64,000 bases of DNA from Bacilli bacterium (GTDB lineage Bacteria > Bacillota_I > Bacilli_A > RFN20 > CAG-826), in contig JAKSVK010000003.1 of NCBI GenBank assembly GCA_024408075.1, positions 9,048-73,047 of the forward strand, given 5' to 3'. Of the stretch, positions 35,316 to 43,693 are shown piece after piece. Below the pieces are notes generated by a model. It was not told the origin of the DNA. It worked only from the letters and a program-made list of their open reading frames with translations, and made no database searches. Each line of letters opens with the position of its first letter. The first letter of the stretch is position 1. Made by a program: the position numbers and the translations under genes.

Positions 35316-38101
35316 TAAAGATTAACAAAGTTAATAAAAAATTTGGAAAAGAAACAGTAATAAAAGATCTATGTTTAGATTTGCCTAGAACTGGACTCGT
35401 AGTTGTGTATGGACCTTCAGGATGTGGCAAAACAACTGTTTTAAATATGATTTCTTTGCTTTTGGACTTTGAAGGAAGCATAAAGTTTGATGGTAGCGAA
35501 ATAAATAATTTGACTGAATATCAAAAAGACATCTATAGAAATCATAAATTAGGATTTATCTTTCAGGATTATAAATTGTTTGAATATGAAACAGTTTTAA
35601 CAAATCTTCTTTTAACTTTAGACATCAAGTGTTGCAACACAGTATCAACAAAACAAAAAAGAGCAGAAGATTTGTTAAGAATGGTTGGTTTGCTCAATAA
35701 AAAGAATGAAAAAGTATTTAATCTTTCTGGTGGAGAAAAACAACGATTAGCTGTTGCTCGAGCTTTTTCAAATTCGCCTTCCATCATTTTGGCTGATGAA
35801 CCTACAGGTAATCTAGATAGTGAAAACGGCAATAAAATTATGCAGTTACTTAGTAAAGCGAGCAGAAAATCTCTTGTTTTAGTTGTTAGCCATGATGAAG
35901 AATTAACAAAACAATTTGCAGATATTGTTTATTATATGGAAGATGGCCACATTAAGAAAAAAGCTTATTGTTATCATAATACAATAGATGAACCTATTGA
36001 TTTAATTAAGGTTGATAATCGAGAAGACAAATCTCATTTACCCCTATCTTTTTGTTTCAAACATACATTTCATAAATTTGGTGAAAGGAAATGGAGAACA
36101 GCATTTTCTTTTTTGACATCTTCATTAGCTTTAATTGGTGTAGGACTAGGATCAGTTCTTTCTCAGGTTGTCAGTACTAATTTAACTACTAGTTACTCGT
36201 CATTAATTGATCAAAACAATTTGATTATTGAATCTAAAAACAAAAGTTCAAATAAACATATTATTGAAGCGACCAATTTAGAGGAAATAAGGTCAATAAT
36301 GCAGCCATTTGAGGATGTTACTTATGGCGTTTATTATTGGAACAATTTTGAATCAATGATTACAGATTTTTCGATTAATATTTTAACGAATGACAAAGTA
36401 AAATTTTTGCCAGACTTTACTATTCGTCACTTTAATGATTTTAAAGAAATAAACAAACATAAAAATCCAATATATCCAAATCAGGTTCAAAATATAAAAG
36501 AAAATGAAGTCGTTTTATGTGTAAATTATCAAACTTTAAACGAGATTTGCTATCAATTTCAAATTCAAAAGACGATTTCTGCATTAGGAAGATTAATAGC
36601 AGAAAACGATACATTTTTAACAATTGAAGCAAGTAATAAAAACTGGGAATATGAAGCAGAAATTAAACTTAAAATCTGTGGCGTAACAATAGGTGATACA
36701 AATTTATTTTTACATTCAAACAAACTTTGGAATCAGTATATTTTTGAAGATGAATTAGGACTGCCATCAACTTCAATAATTAATCAAAATACAAAACACC
36801 CATGGGATTTAAAAAAATCCTATTATGTGGAATCAGCTAATAATAGAGATGATATTTTAAAATTGTTAAAATTCGATCAAGACTATAAATATTATAATGG
36901 TGAGATTCTATCAAAAGATTATTATCCTTTTCTTTGTAAAAATGATGATGTTTTTGAGTGCAACAGAATAGCTATTTTGATGTCTGAAGATGATGAACCA
37001 ATTCCTGGTTATCTTTCGCCATTTATTAAAGGAGTTTCGCCAAAAATTAAGAATATTATTTATGGGAATACTGACTGTTATTCGATTTATAGTGACAATC
37101 TTTTAATGGGGTTTGGAAGACAAATATTTGTAGCGAAAGATTCAAATTTTTTAGAGTCTGTTATTGACGTAACTTCATACATAAAAGAGAGTGATGCATA
37201 CAACTTAAATTTAGACAATCGAGTAGTTGAAGGTTACTTTACAAAACCTGGGAATAGTGGAGTTGTTTTTAATTCAAGTTTTTCCGTTTTTTCCGGCAAA
37301 AAGCCATTAAATTATGGAGAAATTGTAATTTCAAGTGGTCTAGCAAACCGCTTGGGAGTCAACATAAAATCACCATCAAATTTATATTTTGCTTATCCAA
37401 TAAAAGAAGGAATTCTACCTAACGGATTTATTAGCCGTGACTATAAAATTGTTAGTTTAAAAATTGTCGGAATAAGTAACTCTACAAAATATGAGATTAA
37501 TCATGATGAGGAGTGGCCGATTTTATTTTTTCAAACACAAATAGGACTATCTATATTTGATCTACAAATTAATAACTTAGCTCTTAGTGTTGAAGACGGA
37601 TTTGAAAATCAAACTCAATCATTACTAGAAAAAGCTTTTCCTTATTTAAATATTACTTGTCCAATTTCAAATATTAAAAGTTCAATCCAAGAAGTTTGCA
37701 GTTACATAGAAACAATACTTTTAATTATTTCTGTCCTTTCAGTGATAATTTGTGTTTTACTCCTTGGAATGTGTGAAGGACTTTATTTTAAAGATATAAA
37801 AAAGGACATTGGATTAATTAGATGCCTTGGAATAAGTAAAAGAGAAAGCAAAAAATTGATATATTCTCATGCAATTTCTACCGTTATTGTTGCATTTTTA
37901 ACAGCATTAGTTGAGCTTTTATTAATATCGTTTGTTTTATCAAAAAGTATGGCTTCAGTTTTAAATATAGAAGCAAAATTCGTATTTAATCCAATTTCTA
38001 TTGTTTATATGTTGGCCATATCTTGTGTTATAGCTTTATTATCGACCTTTTTTGTTAGTCAAAAGATGAATAAACTTACTCCGTTAGATTGTTTATCTTA
38101 A
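35312..38101 (+). CDS. Fused ABC transporter ATPase + FtsX/MacB-type permease with an extracytoplasmic domain of about 500 aa (929 aa)
   Basis: NBD motifs GPSGCGKTT, LSGGEKQRLAVARA, IILADEPTGNLD, VSHD. TM1 near aa 265-290, three TMs at the C-terminus. ATGA overlap with the upstream paralogue. Confidence 0.88.
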   Translation: MIKINKVNKKFGKETVIKDLCLDLPRTGLVVVYGPSGCGKTTVLNMISLLLDFEGSIKFDGSEINNLTEYQKDIYRNHKLGFIFQDYKLFEYETVLTNLLLTLDIKCCNTVSTKQKRAEDLLRMVGLLNKKNEKVFNLSGGEKQRLAVARAFSNSPSIILADEPTGNLDSENGNKIMQLLSKASRKSLVLVVSHDEELTKQFADIVYYMEDGHIKKKAYCYHNTIDEPIDLIKVDNREDKSHLPLSFCFKHTFHKFGERKWRTAFSFLTSSLALIGVGLGSVLSQVVSTNLTTSYSSLIDQNNLIIESKNKSSNKHIIEATNLEEIRSIMQPFEDVTYGVYYWNNFESMITDFSINILTNDKVKFLPDFTIRHFNDFKEINKHKNPIYPNQVQNIKENEVVLCVNYQTLNEICYQFQIQKTISALGRLIAENDTFLTIEASNKNWEYEAEIKLKICGVTIGDTNLFLHSNKLWNQYIFEDELGLPSTSIINQNTKHPWDLKKSYYVESANNRDDILKLLKFDQDYKYYNGEILSKDYYPFLCKNDDVFECNRIAILMSEDDEPIPGYLSPFIKGVSPKIKNIIYGNTDCYSIYSDNLLMGFGRQIFVAKDSNFLESVIDVTSYIKESDAYNLNLDNRVVEGYFTKPGNSGVVFNSSFSVFSGKKPLNYGEIVISSGLANRLGVNIKSPSNLYFAYPIKEGILPNGFISRDYKIVSLKIVGISNSTKYEINHDEEWPILFFQTQIGLSIFDLQINNLALSVEDGFENQTQSLLEKAFPYLNITCPISNIKSSIQEVCSYIETILLIISVLSVIICVLLLGMCEGLYFKDIKKDIGLIRCLGISKRESKKLIYSHAISTVIVAFLTALVELLLISFVLSKSMASVLNIEAKFVFNPISIVYMLAISCVIALLSTFFVSQKMNKLTPLDCLS

Positions 38102-38118
38102 TTTTCTTAATTTTTGAT

Positions 38119-38146
38119 TTGTAAATTATTCTATATTGAATATAAT
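38119..38146 (+). promoter_or_regulatory. Putative promoter TTGTAA-16 nt-TATAAT upstream of ychF
   Basis: Hexamers at 38119-38124 and 38141-38146. The -10 box is embedded in an 8-1-8 inverted repeat TTGAATAT-A-ATATTCAA (38136-38152). Confidence 0.35.
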
Positions 38147-38179
38147 ATTCAAGGTAAAAGAAATTAGGAAATATATATT

Positions 38180-39295
38180 ATGGGTTTAAAAGCAGGTATT
38201 GTTGGACTTCCAAACGTTGGTAAATCAACTCTATTTAATGCAATCACAAATTCTCATGTTGAGGCAGCAAATTATCCATTTGCAACAATCAATCCAAATG
38301 CTGGTGTGGTTAATGTGCCTGATGAGAGATTGGATTTTTTGTGTTCAATTTTTAATCCTGAAAGAAAAATTCCTGCTACTGTTGAATTTTATGATATTGC
38401 CGGTCTTGTTCGTGGAGCAAGTAAAGGCGAAGGACTTGGAAACCAATTCCTTTCACATATTAGAGAATGTGATGCAATTGTAGAAGTTGTTCGTTGCTTT
38501 GAAAATGCCGACATAATTCATGTTGAAGGTAGTGTTGATCCTATTAGAGATATTGAAGTTATAAATCTTGAATTAGTAATGGCTGATCTTGATACTGTTG
38601 TTAAAAGAATTGAAAAAGTTGAAAATAAAGCTCGAATCTTAAAAGATAAAGAATCTCTTTTAGAGATGAGCATTCTCGCTCCAATTAAAGAAGCTCTTGA
38701 ACAAGGTCAACCAGCAAGATTAGTTAAATTAAATGAAGAACAAGAAATTTTTGCTAGAAGTTATCATTTATTAACTAAAAAACCAATTATTTATGTAGCA
38801 AATGTTTCTGATTCTGAACTTTCTGATGTATCAAAATCAGTTCATTATCAAAAAGTTGTTGAATATGCTTTTAAGGAAGGCAATAAAGTTATTCCAGTTA
38901 GTTGCGAAATTGAGTCTCAAATCTCAGAACTTCCATTGGAAGAAAGAGTAATGTTTTTAGAAGACTTAGGAGTAAAAGAAAGTGGCTTAACGAAAGTTAT
39001 TAAAGCAACTTATTCATTACTTAATCTATCAACTTTCTTTACTGTAGGCGCTGATGAATGTCGTGCTTGGACGTTCCAAAATGGCATGAGTGCTCCACAA
39101 TGTGCTGGTATTATTCATACAGATTTTGAAAGAGGCTTTATTTGTGCAGAAGTTTATCCATATGATTCTATCAAAGAACTTGGCAGTGAACTTGCTGTAA
39201 AAGAAGCTGGAAAATTACGTACCGAAGGAAAAGGATATATCACAAAAGACGGTGATATTATGTTCTTTAAATTTAATGTTAGTGGTAAAAAATAA
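38180..39295 (+). CDS. ychF: Ribosome-binding ATPase YchF
   Basis: GIVGLPNVGKSTLFNA G1 motif, DIAGLV, TGS-like C-terminal domain. Confidence 0.96.
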   Translation: MGLKAGIVGLPNVGKSTLFNAITNSHVEAANYPFATINPNAGVVNVPDERLDFLCSIFNPERKIPATVEFYDIAGLVRGASKGEGLGNQFLSHIRECDAIVEVVRCFENADIIHVEGSVDPIRDIEVINLELVMADLDTVVKRIEKVENKARILKDKESLLEMSILAPIKEALEQGQPARLVKLNEEQEIFARSYHLLTKKPIIYVANVSDSELSDVSKSVHYQKVVEYAFKEGNKVIPVSCEIESQISELPLEERVMFLEDLGVKESGLTKVIKATYSLLNLSTFFTVGADECRAWTFQNGMSAPQCAGIIHTDFERGFICAEVYPYDSIKELGSELAVKEAGKLRTEGKGYITKDGDIMFFKFNVSGKK

Positions 39296-39771
39296 TGGAC
39301 TTTAAAGTAGGATTTAGCAAAGATATTCACGAATTAGTTCCTAATAGGAAACTTATTTTATCTGGAATAATTGTCCCATTTGAATTAGGTGAAAAAGCTC
39401 ACAGTGATGGAGATGTTGTTTTTCATGCTGTTAGCGAATCTATTTTAGGAGCACTTGCTCTTGGAGATTTAGGAAAACACTTCCCTGATACAAGTGACGA
39501 AACACTAAATATGGATAGCGCTTTTATTGTTAAAAAAGTCGTCTCAATGATGGAAGAAAAAGGTTTCTCTGTTGGTAATGTTGACGTGTTTATTTCTATA
39601 GAAAAGCCAAAACTCGCTCCTTATATTATTAATATGAGAGAAAATCTTGCTAAATTACTAAAAGTTGATGTGTCATGTGTCTCTATAAAAGCAGGAACTA
39701 ATGAAGGCTTTGGAAAAGTAGGAGAAGGAAAAGCAGTTGAAGCTAGTTCAATTGTTCTTCTTAAAAAATAA
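39295..39771 (+). CDS. ispF: 2-C-methyl-D-erythritol 2,4-cyclodiphosphate synthase
   Basis: GFSKDIHEL, AHSDGDVVFHAV, LGALALGDLGKHFPDT motifs. Its start overlaps the ychF stop by 1 nt. Confidence 0.92.
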   Translation: MDFKVGFSKDIHELVPNRKLILSGIIVPFELGEKAHSDGDVVFHAVSESILGALALGDLGKHFPDTSDETLNMDSAFIVKKVVSMMEEKGFSVGNVDVFISIEKPKLAPYIINMRENLAKLLKVDVSCVSIKAGTNEGFGKVGEGKAVEASSIVLLKK

Positions 39772-39812
39772 TTTGATATTAATATCGTTATTAGTATAAT
39801 AAAAGGTCATTT

Positions 39813-41429
39813 ATGGAAATTAAAGAAAGTATCAAAGTAAATATTCAATCAGCTCTTAAAAAACTAGGAGTTTGTTTAAACGTTGACGATATTACTATTG
39901 ATCAAAGTAAAGACCCAACTCATGGAGACTATGCAAGTAATATTGCATTAAGATTTGCTCGTGAATTTAAAAAAGCTCCAGCGGAAGTTGCAAAACTCAT
40001 TATCGAAAATTTAGATATGAATCAGTTTGATAAAGTTGAGGTTGCTGGACCTGGATTTATCAACTTCTTTGTAAAGAAAAGCTCAATCACCAATATTATT
40101 GAAACCATAATTGATCAAGGAAAAGATTTTGGCCGTGGCGAAACTAAGAATAAAAAAGTAAATATTGAATTTGTTAGTGCTAACCCAACCGGAGATTTAC
40201 ACGTAGGCCACGCTCGTGGTGCGGCAATTGGTGATTCCATTGCTCGAATTATGGAATTTAATGGTTATACAGTAATTAGAGAATATTACATCAATGATGC
40301 CGGTAATCAGATTAATCATCTTGGAGAATCTATTGAAGCTCGTTATAAAGAAGCTTTAGGTTTACCTTTCAGTTTACCTGATGATGGATATCATGGAGAA
40401 GATATCAAAGATATCGCCAAAATAATTGTCAATGAAAAAGGTGACTCATTAGTAAATACTAATTCACTAGATTTCTTTATGACTCGTGGTATGGAACTCG
40501 AGTTAGATAAAATTAGAAAAGATTTAAAAACATATGGCGTTGTTTTTGATGTTTTTTCATCAGAAAAAGCAATTCGAGCAGATAATGCAATTGATAAGGA
40601 ATTGAAATTCTTATCTAATCACACTTATGTTGACGGTGGAGCTACAGTACTTAAGACAACCGATTTCCTCGATGATAAAGATAGAGTAATTGTTAAAAGT
40701 AATGGAGAATATACCTATTTCTTACCTGATATTTGTTACCATGTTAATAAACTTGAAAGAAAATTTGATCTTCTAATTGATGTTTTAGGTGCAGATCATC
40801 ACGGGTACATTAATCGTATGAAGAGTGCACTTATGATGCATGGATATGACAAAGACATTCTTGAAATTGAACTCATACAAATGGTTCGTATGATGAAAGA
40901 TGGAGAAGAATTTAAGCTTTCCAAACGTACAGGTAATGGGTACACATTACGTGAACTATGTGAAGACGTAGGCGTTGATGCTGCAAGATATTTCTTTGTC
41001 ATGAGAAACGCAAATTCTCACTTAGATTTTGACTTAGATTTAGCTGTAAAACAAAGCAGTGATAATCCTGTTTATTACGCTCAATATGCACACGCAAGAC
41101 TTTGCTCAATTTTAGATAGTGGCAAAGAATTTAATTTAAATAAAAAAGCTGATTTGCTCAAAGAAAATAGTGAGTTGGCTCTTATTAAGATGCTCTCAAG
41201 TTTTCCAGATGTTGTGAAACTTGCAAGTGATGAAAGAGCACCTTATAAAATTACAAATTATATCCATGATGTTGCTGAAAAAGTACATCAATTTTATACA
41301 AATTGTCGTGTCATTGATAAAGACAACATTGATGTCACTTCATCTCGACTTGCTTTATGTTTAGCAAGCAAAATTGTTTTAGAAAATGCATTACATTTAG
41401 TTGGCGTTAGTGCACCAACTCATATGTAG
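39813..41429 (+). CDS. argS: Arginine--tRNA ligase
   Basis: Class I HIGH variant ANPTGDLHVGHARG, KMSKS-like region FKLSKRTG, anticodon-binding DALR domain. Confidence 0.96.
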   Translation: MEIKESIKVNIQSALKKLGVCLNVDDITIDQSKDPTHGDYASNIALRFAREFKKAPAEVAKLIIENLDMNQFDKVEVAGPGFINFFVKKSSITNIIETIIDQGKDFGRGETKNKKVNIEFVSANPTGDLHVGHARGAAIGDSIARIMEFNGYTVIREYYINDAGNQINHLGESIEARYKEALGLPFSLPDDGYHGEDIKDIAKIIVNEKGDSLVNTNSLDFFMTRGMELELDKIRKDLKTYGVVFDVFSSEKAIRADNAIDKELKFLSNHTYVDGGATVLKTTDFLDDKDRVIVKSNGEYTYFLPDICYHVNKLERKFDLLIDVLGADHHGYINRMKSALMMHGYDKDILEIELIQMVRMMKDGEEFKLSKRTGNGYTLRELCEDVGVDAARYFFVMRNANSHLDFDLDLAVKQSSDNPVYYAQYAHARLCSILDSGKEFNLNKKADLLKENSELALIKMLSSFPDVVKLASDERAPYKITNYIHDVAEKVHQFYTNCRVIDKDNIDVTSSRLALCLASKIVLENALHLVGVSAPTHM

Positions 41430-41445
41430 AATGAAAGGAGCATTT

Positions 41446-41853
41446 ATGAATAAATCACTTATTGAATTTGCTTATGACTTCGTAAGCGCACAAAAATCTC
41501 CAGTCGGATTTGCAAAAATCTGGGAGTATGTTAAAAAGGAAGCTGAATTATCTGATGAAGAAGCAGCTAAAAAAGCTGGTCAATTCCTAACAAACATGAT
41601 GCTTGATGGAAGATTTGTTACTCTTGGTGAAAATGAATGGGATCTAAGAGCAAGACAAACTTTTGATAAGGTTCATATTGATATGAATGCTGTTTATAGT
41701 GATGTTGAAACTTCTGACGATGATGAAGAAGAAGAGCAAGAAGAAAAAATCTATAACCAAGCATTTGAAGAACCAAAAGCTGATGAAGATGCCGACAAGC
41801 CTTCTGATGAATCTGAAAATAGTGAAAATAGCGAGGAAAACACTGTCTTTTAA
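41446..41853 (+). CDS. rpoE: DNA-directed RNA polymerase delta subunit
   Basis: HARE-HTH N-domain (IEFAYDFVSAQKSPVGFAKIWEYV, DGRFVTLGENEWDLR) and a poly-acidic C-terminal tail. AAAGGAG SD before ATG 41446. Confidence 0.85.
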   Translation: MNKSLIEFAYDFVSAQKSPVGFAKIWEYVKKEAELSDEEAAKKAGQFLTNMMLDGRFVTLGENEWDLRARQTFDKVHIDMNAVYSDVETSDDDEEEEQEEKIYNQAFEEPKADEDADKPSDESENSENSEENTVF

Positions 41854-41855
41854 TT

Positions 41856-42809
41856 ATGTTTAAAGAAATTATTAAGTTAATTGAAAAACATGATTCAATC
41901 GTAATTTTTGGTCACATTAATCCTGATGGAGATTGCTATGGGTCACAAGTAGCTTTAAAAAGAGGCTTATCTTTAAAATACCCAAATAAGAAAATCTACA
42001 TTACTGGTTCTGGAGTCAAAAGTTTCTTTGATTTCCTTATGCCAATGGATATTGTGCCAGATGAAGTTTTTAAACATTCATTAGCAATTTTGGTTGATGG
42101 AAACGATTGCTCCAGAATGGAAGATCAACGTGTAAATGATTGCGTTGCTTTTTGCAAAATTGATCACCATGTTGATACTGGAACTTTTGTCCAAGGTCCA
42201 TCGGTTGTTGATGAAACCGCTAATTCTACCTGCGATGTTTTAACAGGAATATTCATCGAGGGAGATTATCCTGTTGATAAGATTGTTGCAAACGCTTTGT
42301 ATTTAGGAATTGTTACCGATAGTGGTAGATTCCAGTTTGTTACAAATTATGCCATGACTTTTGATAGAGCTGCATTTTTATGTCAAAATGGAGCCAATCC
42401 AAAAGCCATTAATGATATTTTAAATTCTGTTAACGAAAGCTCTTTAATTTCAAAAGGTTTCGTTTTTACTCATTATAAAAAGAGCAAAGAAGGCACTTTA
42501 TATATTATCTTCACTAAAGAAGACTTAAGAAAGATTGGAATATCTGCTAACCAAGCAAGTGGCTTAGTTAACAGTCTAAGTAATGTTAAAGGTTATCCAG
42601 TTTGGGCAAGTTTTGCCGAATATGAAGATGGAAATGTCAGAGTAGAATTACGTAGTAATGGACCTGCTGTACAACCAATTGCTGTAAAAATTGGTGGCGG
42701 TGGCCATATGTATGCAGCTGGTGCTGCACTTGCAAAACTTAATATAACTCAAGTTAATCAAGTAATTGATATGCTCGATAAAGCAATTATTGAGTGGAGA
42801 AAAAAATAA
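41856..42809 (+). CDS. nrnA: DHH/DHHA1 phosphoesterase, NrnA-like (oligoribonuclease / pAp phosphatase)
   Basis: DHH motifs FGHINPDGDCYGS, DHH in KIDHHVD, DSGRF, DHHA1 GGGGH. Confidence 0.85.
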   Translation: MFKEIIKLIEKHDSIVIFGHINPDGDCYGSQVALKRGLSLKYPNKKIYITGSGVKSFFDFLMPMDIVPDEVFKHSLAILVDGNDCSRMEDQRVNDCVAFCKIDHHVDTGTFVQGPSVVDETANSTCDVLTGIFIEGDYPVDKIVANALYLGIVTDSGRFQFVTNYAMTFDRAAFLCQNGANPKAINDILNSVNESSLISKGFVFTHYKKSKEGTLYIIFTKEDLRKIGISANQASGLVNSLSNVKGYPVWASFAEYEDGNVRVELRSNGPAVQPIAVKIGGGGHMYAAGAALAKLNITQVNQVIDMLDKAIIEWRKK

Positions 42810-43588
42810 TGTGGGAAAAAGAACTACAAGCAGCAATTGAAGCTGGACTCGAAGCTAGAGAAAAAATCTTAGAAATTTATCACAATGGTTTTGACGTTGA
42901 AATAAAAGAAGATAATTCGCCTGTTACTCTTGCTGACAAAACTGCAGATAAAATGATTAAGGAATACTTATCAAAAAGATTCCCAACTTATGCATTTTTA
43001 ACTGAAGAAAGTGAAGATAATAAATCAAGATTATCAAATGATTTTGTTTGGATTGTTGACCCTGTTGATGGGACTAAAGATTTTGTTGCAAAAGATGATG
43101 AATTTACGACAAATATTGCACTTGCCTATAAGCACGAATTAGTGGTTGGAGTGGTTGTTGCTCCTGCTCGAAATGAACTATATTTTGCAAGTAAAGGAAA
43201 TGGTGCATTTTATCAAAAACTAGGTCAAAACCCGGTTAAAATTCACGTAAATGATAAAATTTCTGACTTAACTTTATTAATTTCTGTCTTCCATTTTACA
43301 GAAGAAGAAAAAGCAATTATTGAACGTCATAAAGATGTCTTAACACATGTCGAGAAAAAAGGTAGTTCACTTAAACCTTGCCTTATCGCTCATGGCAAAG
43401 CTGAGATTACTTTAAGAAGTTCTCCAAATACTAAAGAATGGGATACAGCAGCTTGCGAAATTATCGTTGAAGAAGCTGGTGGAATATTCGTTGAACCTGA
43501 TGGTATGAAAATTAAATATAATCGTGAAGATGTTTACAATCGAAAAGGTTATATAGTAGCGAATAGGAAAGAAAATTTATTAAAATAA
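42809..43588 (+). CDS. Inositol monophosphatase-family phosphatase (CysQ/SuhB-like)
   Basis: LTEES, WIVDPVDGTKDF and WDTAACEIIVEEAGG motifs. Its ATG overlaps the nrnA TAA by 1 nt. Confidence 0.85.
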   Translation: MWEKELQAAIEAGLEAREKILEIYHNGFDVEIKEDNSPVTLADKTADKMIKEYLSKRFPTYAFLTEESEDNKSRLSNDFVWIVDPVDGTKDFVAKDDEFTTNIALAYKHELVVGVVVAPARNELYFASKGNGAFYQKLGQNPVKIHVNDKISDLTLLISVFHFTEEEKAIIERHKDVLTHVEKKGSSLKPCLIAHGKAEITLRSSPNTKEWDTAACEIIVEEAGGIFVEPDGMKIKYNREDVYNRKGYIVANRKENLLK

Positions 43589-43613
43589 AAAGACCGTTTT
43601 GGTCTTTTATTTT
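43587..43613. terminator. Bidirectional intrinsic terminator between the phosphatase gene (+) and tRNA-Gln (-)
   Basis: AAAAGACC-GTTT-TGGTCTTTT with A-run and T-run flanks on both strands. Confidence 0.65.
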
Positions 43614-43689
43614 TGGCTGGGGTACCTGGATTCGAACCAGGGAAATGTCGGAGTCAGAGGCCGATGCCTTACCGCTTGGCTATACCCCA
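43614..43689 (-). tRNA. tRNA-Gln (anticodon CUG), CCA encoded
   Basis: Reverse complement TGGGGTATAGCCAAGCGGTAAGGCATCGGCCTCTGACTCCGA...GGTTCGAATCCAGGTACCCCAGCCA. The cloverleaf parallels B. subtilis tRNA-Gln; anticodon loop CTCTGAC. Confidence 0.9.
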
Positions 43690-43693
43690 ATAT

